Source: Synergistales bacterium (GTDB taxonomy: Bacteria > Synergistota > Synergistia > Synergistales > JAFGMB01). Taken from it: a stretch of DNA of 64,000 bases. The stretch's first letter is position 1, and the number at the start of each line of letters is the position of its first letter. This document shows positions 51,521 through 59,955 of the stretch, in pieces. The position numbers were made by a program, and so were the translations under genes. The stretch spans positions 518,611 through 582,610 of the forward strand of contig OY762654.1 of NCBI GenBank assembly GCA_963666205.1, read 5' to 3'. The notes under the pieces are model-generated. The model was not told where the DNA came from, searched no databases, and worked only from the letters and a program-made list of their open reading frames with translations.

Positions 51521-53002
51521 TTACCATTCTCTGAGTTTTCTTCTTAATACCTTTCCAAGACTGTTCCTCGGAAAATCATCCACAAACTCGATAACCCGGG
51601 GTGTTTTATAATGAGCAAGTTTATCCTTGCAGAAATTCTGCAGTTCCCTTGTGGTTACGTCATTATCAGCCCGAATGACAAAAGCCTTGACTATCTGACC
51701 GCTGACAGAATGGGCCATTCCTACTGCGGCAGATTCCTTGACTTTGGGGTGAGAGTTCAGAATAGCCTCTACCTCTTGAGGATATACGTTAAAACCACCC
51801 ACTATTATAAGATCACTGGCTCTATCCAGAATGGTCACATAACCTTCGTCGTCAATCTTCACGATATCTCCAGTGTCAAACCACCCATCTTTGAACTTTG
51901 CTGCTGTATTTTCGGGGTCCCTGAAATACCCACTGGTTATAGAGGGGCCTTTAAGCCAGAGAATTCCTTCCATCCCAGGTGCAAGAACTTCACCACCCTC
52001 ACCACGTACTTCATATTCAAAACCGGGAAGCATTGGCCCGACTGTTCCAACCTTTCTTGCCGAAGGGGATTGATTAACTGCCACTACAGGAGAACACTCT
52101 GTCAGACCATACCCTTCACATACGGAAACACCTAGAAGTCTCTGAACCCTTGCATCAAGAGCCACCGGGAACCTGTCTCCGCCACTGACAAGTTTTTTGA
52201 GATGGGGGGGAACTTCAGAACCTCTAGCCGCTGCAGAAACAAGCAAGGCTATCATAGTAGGAACTGCAATTACAAAAGTGACTCCAGAAGCGTTCATAGC
52301 TTCCAGTGCTGTTTCTGGTGGCATAAAAGTAGGTAGAACAAGCTGTTTTATTCCTGAAAGCATCGCCAGGAGTCCACTTGATGAATATCCGAGAGCGTGA
52401 AAATTTGGAAGAGCATTCATAATAATATCAGTTTCAGTATCAAGATCTTTAAAATGACTGACCGCTGCAAAAACATTACTTCTGAGATTTTCATGAGTAA
52501 GAGGCACGGCTTTTGGAAATCCGGTAGTACCTGAAGTATAGAATAGAACTGCGGTGGCGGGATCCTCTCTTTGACATACTCCACCACTGAAAGAAGGAAT
52601 GTTTCCCTCCAGTGAAGTTTTTATTACAGGAATTTTCATCTTTGCAGTATCGAACTGAAAAGTATGTTTCATTGGAATATCAGCAATAACTATTGCAAAG
52701 GGATCACAGTGATCAAAATACTTAATAAGTGAACCAGGTCCAGCTGTCAGATTAAGGGGTACAACAGCCCCACCAAGTCTCCAGCAGGAAACGGAAAGCG
52801 CCAGAAGAGAAGGGCAGTTCGGCAAGAGAGTAGCTATTCTGTACCCTTCTTTGAACCCGGAATCTACAAGTCTCTTCTCCATCTCAATGGTGAGGTCAAA
52901 AAAATCTTTTCTCGACCACCAATGCCCCTTCCACCAGAGCATTTTTTCGTCAGGCGCCTTTAAATACAGAGATTCGACAATCCCATGTAAAGACTTTTCC
53001 AT
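51521..53002 (-). CDS. AMP-dependent acyl-CoA synthetase/ligase
   Basis: AMP-binding motif YTSGTTGFPKAV. C-terminal GKVLRRKLRE. 493 aa. Confidence 0.85.
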   Translation of the reverse strand: MEKSLHGIVESLYLKAPDEKMLWWKGHWWSRKDFFDLTIEMEKRLVDSGFKEGYRIATLLPNCPSLLALSVSCWRLGGAVVPLNLTAGPGSLIKYFDHCDPFAIVIADIPMKHTFQFDTAKMKIPVIKTSLEGNIPSFSGGVCQREDPATAVLFYTSGTTGFPKAVPLTHENLRSNVFAAVSHFKDLDTETDIIMNALPNFHALGYSSSGLLAMLSGIKQLVLPTFMPPETALEAMNASGVTFVIAVPTMIALLVSAAARGSEVPPHLKKLVSGGDRFPVALDARVQRLLGVSVCEGYGLTECSPVVAVNQSPSARKVGTVGPMLPGFEYEVRGEGGEVLAPGMEGILWLKGPSITSGYFRDPENTAAKFKDGWFDTGDIVKIDDEGYVTILDRASDLIIVGGFNVYPQEVEAILNSHPKVKESAAVGMAHSVSGQIVKAFVIRADNDVTTRELQNFCKDKLAHYKTPRVIEFVDDFPRNSLGKVLRRKLREW

Positions 53003-53278
53003 CAGTTAACTTCCCCCTTGTTCATTGAAATCACATTGAAGATAGCTCTTGATATAATGATTATATAACAAATATGTCACCGCATGGTGATATAAAAAAG
53101 TTCGCAAACACAGCAAGGACTTTCTGACTTAAATAAATATTTCAACACCCTTCCCTGTATTTTAAATATTGATCCTTAAAGTATGGTTTTCTGATCAAGG
53201 TTCCAGTAATAGCACCATAATTAGTGTATTATATATACATATAAAAACACTAGATGAGATACAGGAGGTTGACATTTC

Positions 53279-54580
53279 ATGAGTGAGCCTTGGGTATATA
53301 TCAAGGATCTATCTGGATACGTGGGGAAAGAGATCACAATAAAGGGCTGGCTTTACAACAAGAGAAGCTCAGGAAAGATCCATTTCCTCCAACTGCGAGA
53401 TGGAACAGGAACGGTCCAGGGTGTTATGGTTAAAAAGGAAGTTGCGGAAGAAGATTTCCAGACTGCAAAAAACCTCTGGATTGAAGCTTCACTCCAAGTG
53501 TCCGGTATAGTAAGGGCTGATGAACGGGCTCCATCAGGATTTGAAATCACTGTTACAACTTTAACAGTGATTGATAACCCATCCGAGGAATATCCCATAG
53601 GGAAAAAGGAACATGGAATAGATTTTCTGCTGGATCACAGGCATTTATGGCTTAGAAGCACCAGGCAGCATGCTATCCTGACCATCAGGGAAAGGGTGAT
53701 CTGGTCTGCCAGAGAATTTCTCCACACAGAAGGTTATCTTCTTGTGGATAGTCCGATACTGACCGGATCTATAGGAGAAGGGGCTTCAGGACTTTTTGAA
53801 CTTGATTATTTTGAAGATAAGGCCTACCTGGCACAGACTGGTCAACTTTATGCAGAGGCTGCTGCTGCTGCTTTCGGAAAAGTTTATACCTTTGGCCCAA
53901 CTTTCAGGGCTGAAAAATCAAAGACCAGAAGGCATTTGACAGAATTCTGGATGCTTGAACCGGAAGTAGCTTTTTATGATCATGAAGATAACATGAAACT
54001 TCAGGAAGATCTTGTCTGTTATATAGTCAGCCAGGTTCTTCTCCACTGCAGAAAAGAGCTTGAAGTTCTAGAAAGAGATACAGCTATGCTCGAAAGGATA
54101 GTGCCACCTTTCTATCATATATCCTACGATGAAGCTATGGATATGCTCCATAAACTTGGAAGTACCACTCCATATGGAGACGATTTCGGCGGAGAGGATG
54201 AAACTCTCATCACCAATGAATTTGATAAACCCGTATTTGTGGAATGCTATCCCAAAAAGGTCAAGGCCTTCTATATGAAAGAACATCCGGACAATCCAGA
54301 TCTGGTGTTGTGCGATGATCTACTGGCACCTGAAGGATATGGAGAAATAATTGGCGGCTCTCAAAGAGAAGACGATTATGACAAACTTCTTGGGAGAATC
54401 AGAGCCGAAAAACTCCCTGAAGAATCTTACAACTGGTACCTTGATCTCAGGAGATACGGAACATTCGTCCACAGTGGTTTTGGCATTGGAATAGAAAGAA
54501 CTGTGGCATGGATATGCGGCTTGAATCATATCAGGGAAGCCATACCCTGGCCCAGGACAATCTACAGGATTACCCCCTGA
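53279..54580 (+). CDS. asnS: Asparagine--tRNA ligase
   Basis: N-terminal OB fold. Class II motif 2 FRAEKSKTRRHLTEFWMLEPE and motif 3 GFGIGIERT. 433 aa. Confidence 0.88.
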   Translation: MSEPWVYIKDLSGYVGKEITIKGWLYNKRSSGKIHFLQLRDGTGTVQGVMVKKEVAEEDFQTAKNLWIEASLQVSGIVRADERAPSGFEITVTTLTVIDNPSEEYPIGKKEHGIDFLLDHRHLWLRSTRQHAILTIRERVIWSAREFLHTEGYLLVDSPILTGSIGEGASGLFELDYFEDKAYLAQTGQLYAEAAAAAFGKVYTFGPTFRAEKSKTRRHLTEFWMLEPEVAFYDHEDNMKLQEDLVCYIVSQVLLHCRKELEVLERDTAMLERIVPPFYHISYDEAMDMLHKLGSTTPYGDDFGGEDETLITNEFDKPVFVECYPKKVKAFYMKEHPDNPDLVLCDDLLAPEGYGEIIGGSQREDDYDKLLGRIRAEKLPEESYNWYLDLRRYGTFVHSGFGIGIERTVAWICGLNHIREAIPWPRTIYRITP

Positions 54581-54635
54581 TATGGTAAAATGCACCCTAT
54601 ATATTCTGTAATCCAGCAAAGGAGCAGAGCCTCTA

Positions 54636-56366
54636 ATGGACTTTGAGGGATTTGACCCAAAACCTGTGTTCAAAAAACACAAACGGCTTATCGGTGATGG
54701 CGCGGTAGGGGGAAAGGCGAAGGGGCTGGCCTTTTCCTACGAAGTTATAACAGGTTCATCAATGGAAGAACATGTCGAACTTCCAGATATCAATTATGTC
54801 CTCACGACAGAAATTTTTCAGGAGTATCTTGAGGAGAACAACATCGATGTTGTCCTTAAGGAAGCCCAGGAAATGAACAGTGAAGATAGCGAAGATGCCG
54901 CACTTGATTTTTTTAAAAAAATGACAGCAGCCTTTCACAGAGGGAAAAACAGTGAAAGCCTGGACAGGTCGTTGGAGATGGTCCTGAATAACATTTACGA
55001 TGTCCCCCTGGCTGTCAGATCCAGCTCTCTTCTGGAAGACTCCAAAAGACTTGCTTTTGCCGGAAAATACAGTACCTGCTTTTCGGTCAATGTCGGAACG
55101 ATGGAAGAGAGGGTGCACCGACTCTCTAAATGCATTAAAAAAGTCTGGGCATCTCTTTATAACCCTGCAGCACGAGCATACAGGTTGAAACATGGATTTA
55201 CCGACAGTGACGAGGCAATGGGCATAGTGATCCAGCCTGTTATCGGTAAAGCCCATGGAAGTTATTTCTATCCTGAGATAGGGGGGACCGTTTTTTCAAA
55301 GGTCTACCGGCGACCATCTACAAGGATCAGGAAGGAAGATGGAGTTATGCGCTTGTGCTTTGGAATGGGGACCCGTAGTGTAGACAGGCTCAAGGCTCGA
55401 TTATTTTATCTTTCCCATCCCGCACTAAGGCCCCAGGGAAATCTACCTCTGGATATTTCCCAGACCAGCCAGGTGAAATTCGATTTTTTTGACAGGAAGC
55501 AGGGAAAGTTCATGTCAGGGGAGATAAAGGATTATCTACCTTACCTCCTGAAGGAGCATAAGCTTGCATCTTCTTTTATCGAAGTTTATGCTGACAACCT
55601 TCTAAACTGGGCAGGATCAGAAAAAGCCAAAACCGGAAGGCCTATCTTTTCGTTTTCTTCATTTCCACAGCGTCATCCCTTCTTTTTCAAACTCATAAGG
55701 GAACTAGCTGGATTCCTGGAAGAATCGATGGGTATGCCAGTGGATTTCGAGTTCGCCTATGATACATCAACGCAGGAACTATGCATACTTCAGCTCAGGC
55801 CTCTTGCTGCATATGAAGAGATGGCAAAGGTCAGAGTACCGGATATATCTTCTGACAGGATCATACTCAAAGGAAATAAAATGGTCAGTAACGGAATCCT
55901 TGAACATACCACTCATCTGGTTTACGTAGATCACACGCTATATGGTAAAGATTCCAGATATTTTGAAGTGGCAAGGGAAATAGGCAGGATCAATGAAAGA
56001 CTCAAAGGTTCTAAATATATTCTGGTTGGTCCGGGAAGATGGGGAAGCACAAATCCTCTCCTCGGCGTTCCAATAAAATACAATGAAATATGTAATTGTG
56101 GATGCCTGGTAGAAGTTGGGATATCTGAAAGTGATTTTGTGCCTGAGCTTTCATATGGAACTCACTTTTTCCTGGACCTGGATGTCGACGGAATTCTTTA
56201 TCTACCTGTATTTGATGGAGCTGACAAGGATATATTCAACCAGAAATGGCTGGAGAACAATCCTTTTCAAATAGGCAGGCACCCTGCAGTAAGAGTATAT
56301 GAAGGCGACTTTTCTGTTTATCTGGATGGCGATAAAGAAATTGGTGAAGTCCAAAGAACCCAGTAA
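54636..56366 (+). CDS. PEP/pyruvate-binding (PPDK_N, ATP-grasp) domain protein lacking swivel and PEP-utilising domains
   Basis: N-terminal GGKAKGLAF, LAVRSSSLLED and WASLYNPAARAYR are typical of PPDK_N. The C-terminal ~180 aa (GPGRWGS...SYGTHFFLDL) is not a phosphohistidine domain. Confidence 0.7.
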   Translation: MDFEGFDPKPVFKKHKRLIGDGAVGGKAKGLAFSYEVITGSSMEEHVELPDINYVLTTEIFQEYLEENNIDVVLKEAQEMNSEDSEDAALDFFKKMTAAFHRGKNSESLDRSLEMVLNNIYDVPLAVRSSSLLEDSKRLAFAGKYSTCFSVNVGTMEERVHRLSKCIKKVWASLYNPAARAYRLKHGFTDSDEAMGIVIQPVIGKAHGSYFYPEIGGTVFSKVYRRPSTRIRKEDGVMRLCFGMGTRSVDRLKARLFYLSHPALRPQGNLPLDISQTSQVKFDFFDRKQGKFMSGEIKDYLPYLLKEHKLASSFIEVYADNLLNWAGSEKAKTGRPIFSFSSFPQRHPFFFKLIRELAGFLEESMGMPVDFEFAYDTSTQELCILQLRPLAAYEEMAKVRVPDISSDRIILKGNKMVSNGILEHTTHLVYVDHTLYGKDSRYFEVAREIGRINERLKGSKYILVGPGRWGSTNPLLGVPIKYNEICNCGCLVEVGISESDFVPELSYGTHFFLDLDVDGILYLPVFDGADKDIFNQKWLENNPFQIGRHPAVRVYEGDFSVYLDGDKEIGEVQRTQ

Positions 56367-56379
56367 AATAATTCCAGAT

Positions 56380-56415
56380 AAAAAGGGAGGGCAGGATATC
56401 CTGCCCTCCCTTTTT
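56380..56415. terminator. Bidirectional intrinsic terminator
   Basis: aaaaagggagggcagga ta tcctgccctcccttttt, a near-perfect palindrome between convergent genes. Confidence 0.8.
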
Positions 56416-56420
56416 ATCTA

Positions 56421-57668
56421 TCAAGGCCATATACCTTTAAATCTCATAGCTGCTATGATCCTGGAAATAGCACGCACATAAGCTGCCTGTCTCATACGGA
56501 TCTTGTTACCTTCCTTTATTTTCCATATCTCGTGAAAGGCAATAGTCAATTTTTCATCAAGTTTCTGGTGTACATATTCTTCTGTCCAATAATCTCCAGT
56601 TCTTCCCTGAATCCACTCGAAGCAGCTTACCGTAACTCCTCCGGCATTAGCCAGAACATCTGGAATAACTTCTATTCCTTTTTCTGATAAAATTAGATCC
56701 GCTTCTGGAGTCGTAGGACCATTTGCAAGTTCGAGAACTATGGATGCCTTGATATTCGGAGCATTCTTATCTGTTATGACTCCCTCAAGAGCAGCTGGAA
56801 TAAGGATATCAACATCGAGTTCCATAAGTTCTTCATTGCTTATCATTTCAGTCCCCGGGAATCCAGCAACACTTCCAGTCTTACCCTTGTGAGACCGCAA
56901 CTCATAATAATCTATACCGTCGGGATTATAAACCCCGCCATGACTGTCTGATGTAGCAACAATCTTGATACCCAACTCGCTTGCAGCGAGCTTGTGAGCA
57001 AATCCACCCACATTACCAAAACCCTGAACAGCGGCCTTCAGTTCTTTCCCGAGGAGTCCCTTTTCTTTGAGTATTTCCCTTAGAACATACATACCTCCTC
57101 TTGAAGTGGCATCTCCTCTTCCAAGAGAACCACCGGCCTCAACAGGTTTCCCCGTATAGCATGAAGGTTCACTCCTGCCATGGATTTTTTCATATGTATC
57201 AACAAACCATGCCATTACCTGGGGATTGGTATATACATCGGGAGCTGGAATATCAATATCAGTACCCATAAATCTTGAAATCGCAAGGGCATAACCACGA
57301 CTTAACCTTTCCGTTTCACCAGGAGAAAGATCCCTTACATTGACAGAAATACCTCCCTTCCCTCCCCCGTAAGGTAGCTGTGCCGTAGCGCATTTGATGG
57401 TCATCCATGAAGAAAGTGCAATTACTTCTTCCCTCGTCACGTTCGGGTGATATCGAACTCCCCCCTTATAGGGACCCAGAGCATTATTGTGATGGCTTCT
57501 CCATCCTTTGAGGACCTTTACTTCTCCATCATCCAGTCTTAACGGTATGGACACTTCCAATACTTCTTTGGGAAATTTCAGGATCTCGATATATTCCGGC
57601 TCTACACTCAAATACGGTGTGGCTTCGTCCACCTGTTTTAAAAACATTTCATACGGATTCAATATCAT
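56421..57668 (-). CDS. gdh: Glutamate dehydrogenase (paralogue 1)
   Basis: KGGVRYHP, GGGKGG, QGFGNVG Rossmann motif. Start set at MILNPYEM, which has an AAAGGAGGAA RBS. Confidence 0.92.
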   Translation of the reverse strand: MILNPYEMFLKQVDEATPYLSVEPEYIEILKFPKEVLEVSIPLRLDDGEVKVLKGWRSHHNNALGPYKGGVRYHPNVTREEVIALSSWMTIKCATAQLPYGGGKGGISVNVRDLSPGETERLSRGYALAISRFMGTDIDIPAPDVYTNPQVMAWFVDTYEKIHGRSEPSCYTGKPVEAGGSLGRGDATSRGGMYVLREILKEKGLLGKELKAAVQGFGNVGGFAHKLAASELGIKIVATSDSHGGVYNPDGIDYYELRSHKGKTGSVAGFPGTEMISNEELMELDVDILIPAALEGVITDKNAPNIKASIVLELANGPTTPEADLILSEKGIEVIPDVLANAGGVTVSCFEWIQGRTGDYWTEEYVHQKLDEKLTIAFHEIWKIKEGNKIRMRQAAYVRAISRIIAAMRFKGIWP

Positions 57669-57823
57669 GTTCCTCCTTTCAGAAATATGGATTGTCGACA
57701 TTCTCAACTCTATATAGAAGAAATCGCTTCTACTAAGCACTGCGAAAGCGATTTATATGTTCATTATATCTAATTAAAAATAAAGCGCAAGCATTTAACA
57801 TGTTAATGCGATTTTAAGTCTAA

Positions 57824-57852
57824 TAAAAAAAGGGAGCGGAAAAAACCGCTCC
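57824..57852 (-). terminator. Intrinsic terminator between the two gdh genes
   Basis: gggagcgg / ccgctccc stem with a 6-nt loop and a T7 run on the minus strand. Confidence 0.75.
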
Positions 57853-57895
57853 CTGGATCTTGTTTTTGTTTAAATATAGTGCTGTCAATCAGACC

Positions 57896-59176
57896 CTAAA
57901 GGAAAATACCTCTCATACGATGAGCTTCGGCAACCCTTTCGATGGCGACCATAAATGCTGCCTTACGCATGGGAACACCTTTTTCCTTACCGTAGGTCCA
58001 TACACGCTGGAAGTTTTCTTTCATTATGCGGATAAGACGTTCATTATACTCTTCTTCAGTCCAGAAATAACCGCCAAGGTCCTGGGCCCATTCAAAATAG
58101 GAACCGATGACTCCACCGGCATTGGCCAGGAAGTCAGGAACAATGAGAACTCCCCTTGAAGCAAGAATCGCATCTCCGTCAGCAGTGATAGGACCATTTG
58201 CAGCTTCTACTATTAATTTAGCCTTTACCTTGTCTGCATTATCCTTTGTGATAACCCCTTCGAGTGCTGCGGGAATAAAGAGATCTACGTCAAGATAAAG
58301 AACATCATTCAGTTCAAGTTTTTCCATACCATCCTGGACAAATCCCTCAAGAAGATGCTTGGGATGAACGTTCTGGACATGATCCACAGCTTTTTTGATA
58401 TCAAGTCCATCCTTATGGTAGTAGGTTCCGGTAATATCGCTGATGCCGACTACCTTACAACCAGCATCAATAAAGGTAAGAGCAGCATATGTACCGACAT
58501 TTCCGAAGCCTTGGATGGACACAGAAGCGCCTTCGACCTTTTTATCAAGAGCCTTAAAAAGTTCGAGACCGCAGGTTGCAACACCGTAACCAGTAGCTGC
58601 CGTACGTCCCTTTGAACCCCAGAGAGGGATGGGCTTTCCGGTAAAAATGGCTGGCTCAAGCCTGTTACGCATTTTACTGATGGTATCCATGAACCATACC
58701 ATCTCAGGTCCACCTGTATTAACATCGGGAGCAGGGATATCAGTCCAGGCACCTACAAGGGGCTCAACCCTGGCAGCCCAGGTTCTGGATATTTTTTCTT
58801 TTTCCTTCTTTGAAAGCTCCAGGGGCTCACAGCAGACTCCGCCCTTAGCGCCACCGTAAGGAATTCCTGCTAAAGAACATTTCCAGGTCATCATCATTCC
58901 CAAAGCCTCACACTCATCAAGGCAGACATTGGGATGGAAGCGGACGCCACCCTTGGATGGACCGAGGGCAGTAGAATGCTGAACACGGAAACCGTCAAAC
59001 ACCCTTATGGTTCCGTCATCCATCTCTACGGGGATGGACATGGACAATTTACGCTCAGATCGGCTGAGTATTTCAGTAAGTCCCTCTTCAAGACCCATTT
59101 CCTCTGCTGCTGAATAGAAAAAGTCCAGTGAATTAGCGAGGAAACCATTAGATGAAGTTCGTTTAACGACGGTCAT
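57896..59176 (-). CDS. gdh: Glutamate dehydrogenase (paralogue 2)
   Basis: KGGVRFHP, GGAKGG, QGFGNVG. Start set at MTVVKRTSS, which has a GGAGGTG RBS. Confidence 0.92.
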   Translation of the reverse strand: MTVVKRTSSNGFLANSLDFFYSAAEEMGLEEGLTEILSRSERKLSMSIPVEMDDGTIRVFDGFRVQHSTALGPSKGGVRFHPNVCLDECEALGMMMTWKCSLAGIPYGGAKGGVCCEPLELSKKEKEKISRTWAARVEPLVGAWTDIPAPDVNTGGPEMVWFMDTISKMRNRLEPAIFTGKPIPLWGSKGRTAATGYGVATCGLELFKALDKKVEGASVSIQGFGNVGTYAALTFIDAGCKVVGISDITGTYYHKDGLDIKKAVDHVQNVHPKHLLEGFVQDGMEKLELNDVLYLDVDLFIPAALEGVITKDNADKVKAKLIVEAANGPITADGDAILASRGVLIVPDFLANAGGVIGSYFEWAQDLGGYFWTEEEYNERLIRIMKENFQRVWTYGKEKGVPMRKAAFMVAIERVAEAHRMRGIFL

Positions 59177-59449
59177 ACAACAAACACCTCCTGGAGATAT
59201 CAAATGGCTACAAGCCAAATGTTAATACCCTCTAACCAGGGCACGCTTGATAACTATATCACAATTTTTCCGGAACCTTCCAATGACCCGAAAAAATGGT
59301 TCTCAATACCTAAGGTCAGGAATACAAGATGGAATTTTACCAATTATCATTGATGCATTCTGACAAGTTCAAAGCAACAGGAAGTTGTCAGCCCAATAAA
59401 TGGGAAATGGAATGTAAATTGGAACTACGGAGTAAAAGGCAACATTCAT

Positions 59450-59476
59450 AAAAAAGGGAGATGCCAAAGCATCCCC
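59450..59476 (-). terminator. Intrinsic terminator of the candidate selenoprotein gene
   Basis: Minus strand reads GGGGAUGC-UUUG-GCAUCUCCC (one bulge) followed by a U6 run, about 20 nt after the TAA stop. Confidence 0.65.
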
Positions 59477-59494
59477 TTTTACCTTTAATCCAGC

Positions 59495-59833
59495 TTATAT
59501 TCCGCAACTACCAGATCCTTTTCCAAGAAGAGCAGAAACTGCTTCTATCTGGCTGTTCCAAAGGAAACCAGTTACCTGGATATCCACTTCGTTGTCCCTG
59601 AAACACATCCCGGAAGGGACCCAGACCTTTATATCATCAAGAGTAAGCATGACATAACCGGACTCATCCGAAGGCTTTCCGCTCTCAACGAGAGCAGCTT
59701 TTCTTTTTGCTCAACCTGAACCTAACATTGCAGTGACTATATATATGTCTCTGCCCTTTTCTTTAATCCTGTTTTTGGCTTTTTCACCTATTTTCAAAAC
59801 CAGGTCACTCAAATAAAACACCCCCTGTGTCAT
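59495..59833 (-). CDS. Candidate selenoprotein (112 aa with UGA at codon 41), IscA/HesB-like layout
   Basis: Not in the ORF track because the in-frame TGA (59713..59711) splits it. Manual translation gives MTQGVFYLSDLVLKIGEKAKNRIKEKGRDIYIVTAMLGSG-U-AKRKAALVESGKPSDESGYVMLTLDDIKVWVPSGMCFRDNEVDIQVTGFLWNSQIEAVSALLGKGSGSCGI. The frame stays open for 71 codons after the TGA. It has a dedicated promoter and terminator. An alternative start is TTG 59812, after an AGGGGGTG RBS. Confidence 0.55.
59679..59697 (-). promoter_or_regulatory. SECIS-like hairpin 13 nt downstream of the in-frame UGA
   Basis: Minus-strand RNA is GCUGCUCUC-GUU-GAGAGCGG. That gives 6 Watson-Crick pairs plus U-G and C-G extensions, and an apical loop starting with G about 21 nt after the UGA. 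Confidence 0.4.
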
Positions 59834-59851
59834 TTCCTGTTTTGACAATAT

Positions 59852-59897
59852 AATTATACCCCCTGGGGTATAATTTGTAAATCCCTGGGGTCTATAA
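59852..59897 (-). promoter_or_regulatory. Promoter with embedded 24-bp palindromic operator
   Basis: Minus strand reads TTTACA (59881..59876), 17 nt, TATAAT (59858..59853). AATTATACCCC-ct-GGGGTATAATT (59852-59875) covers the spacer and the -10 element. A second CCCTGGGGTcTATAA copy lies at 59883-59897. Confidence 0.55.
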
Positions 59898-59955
59898 CGA
59901 AAACCGGGAGATTCCGGATCCGGATAATTTGTATACTTTAATCACAACAAATCCG

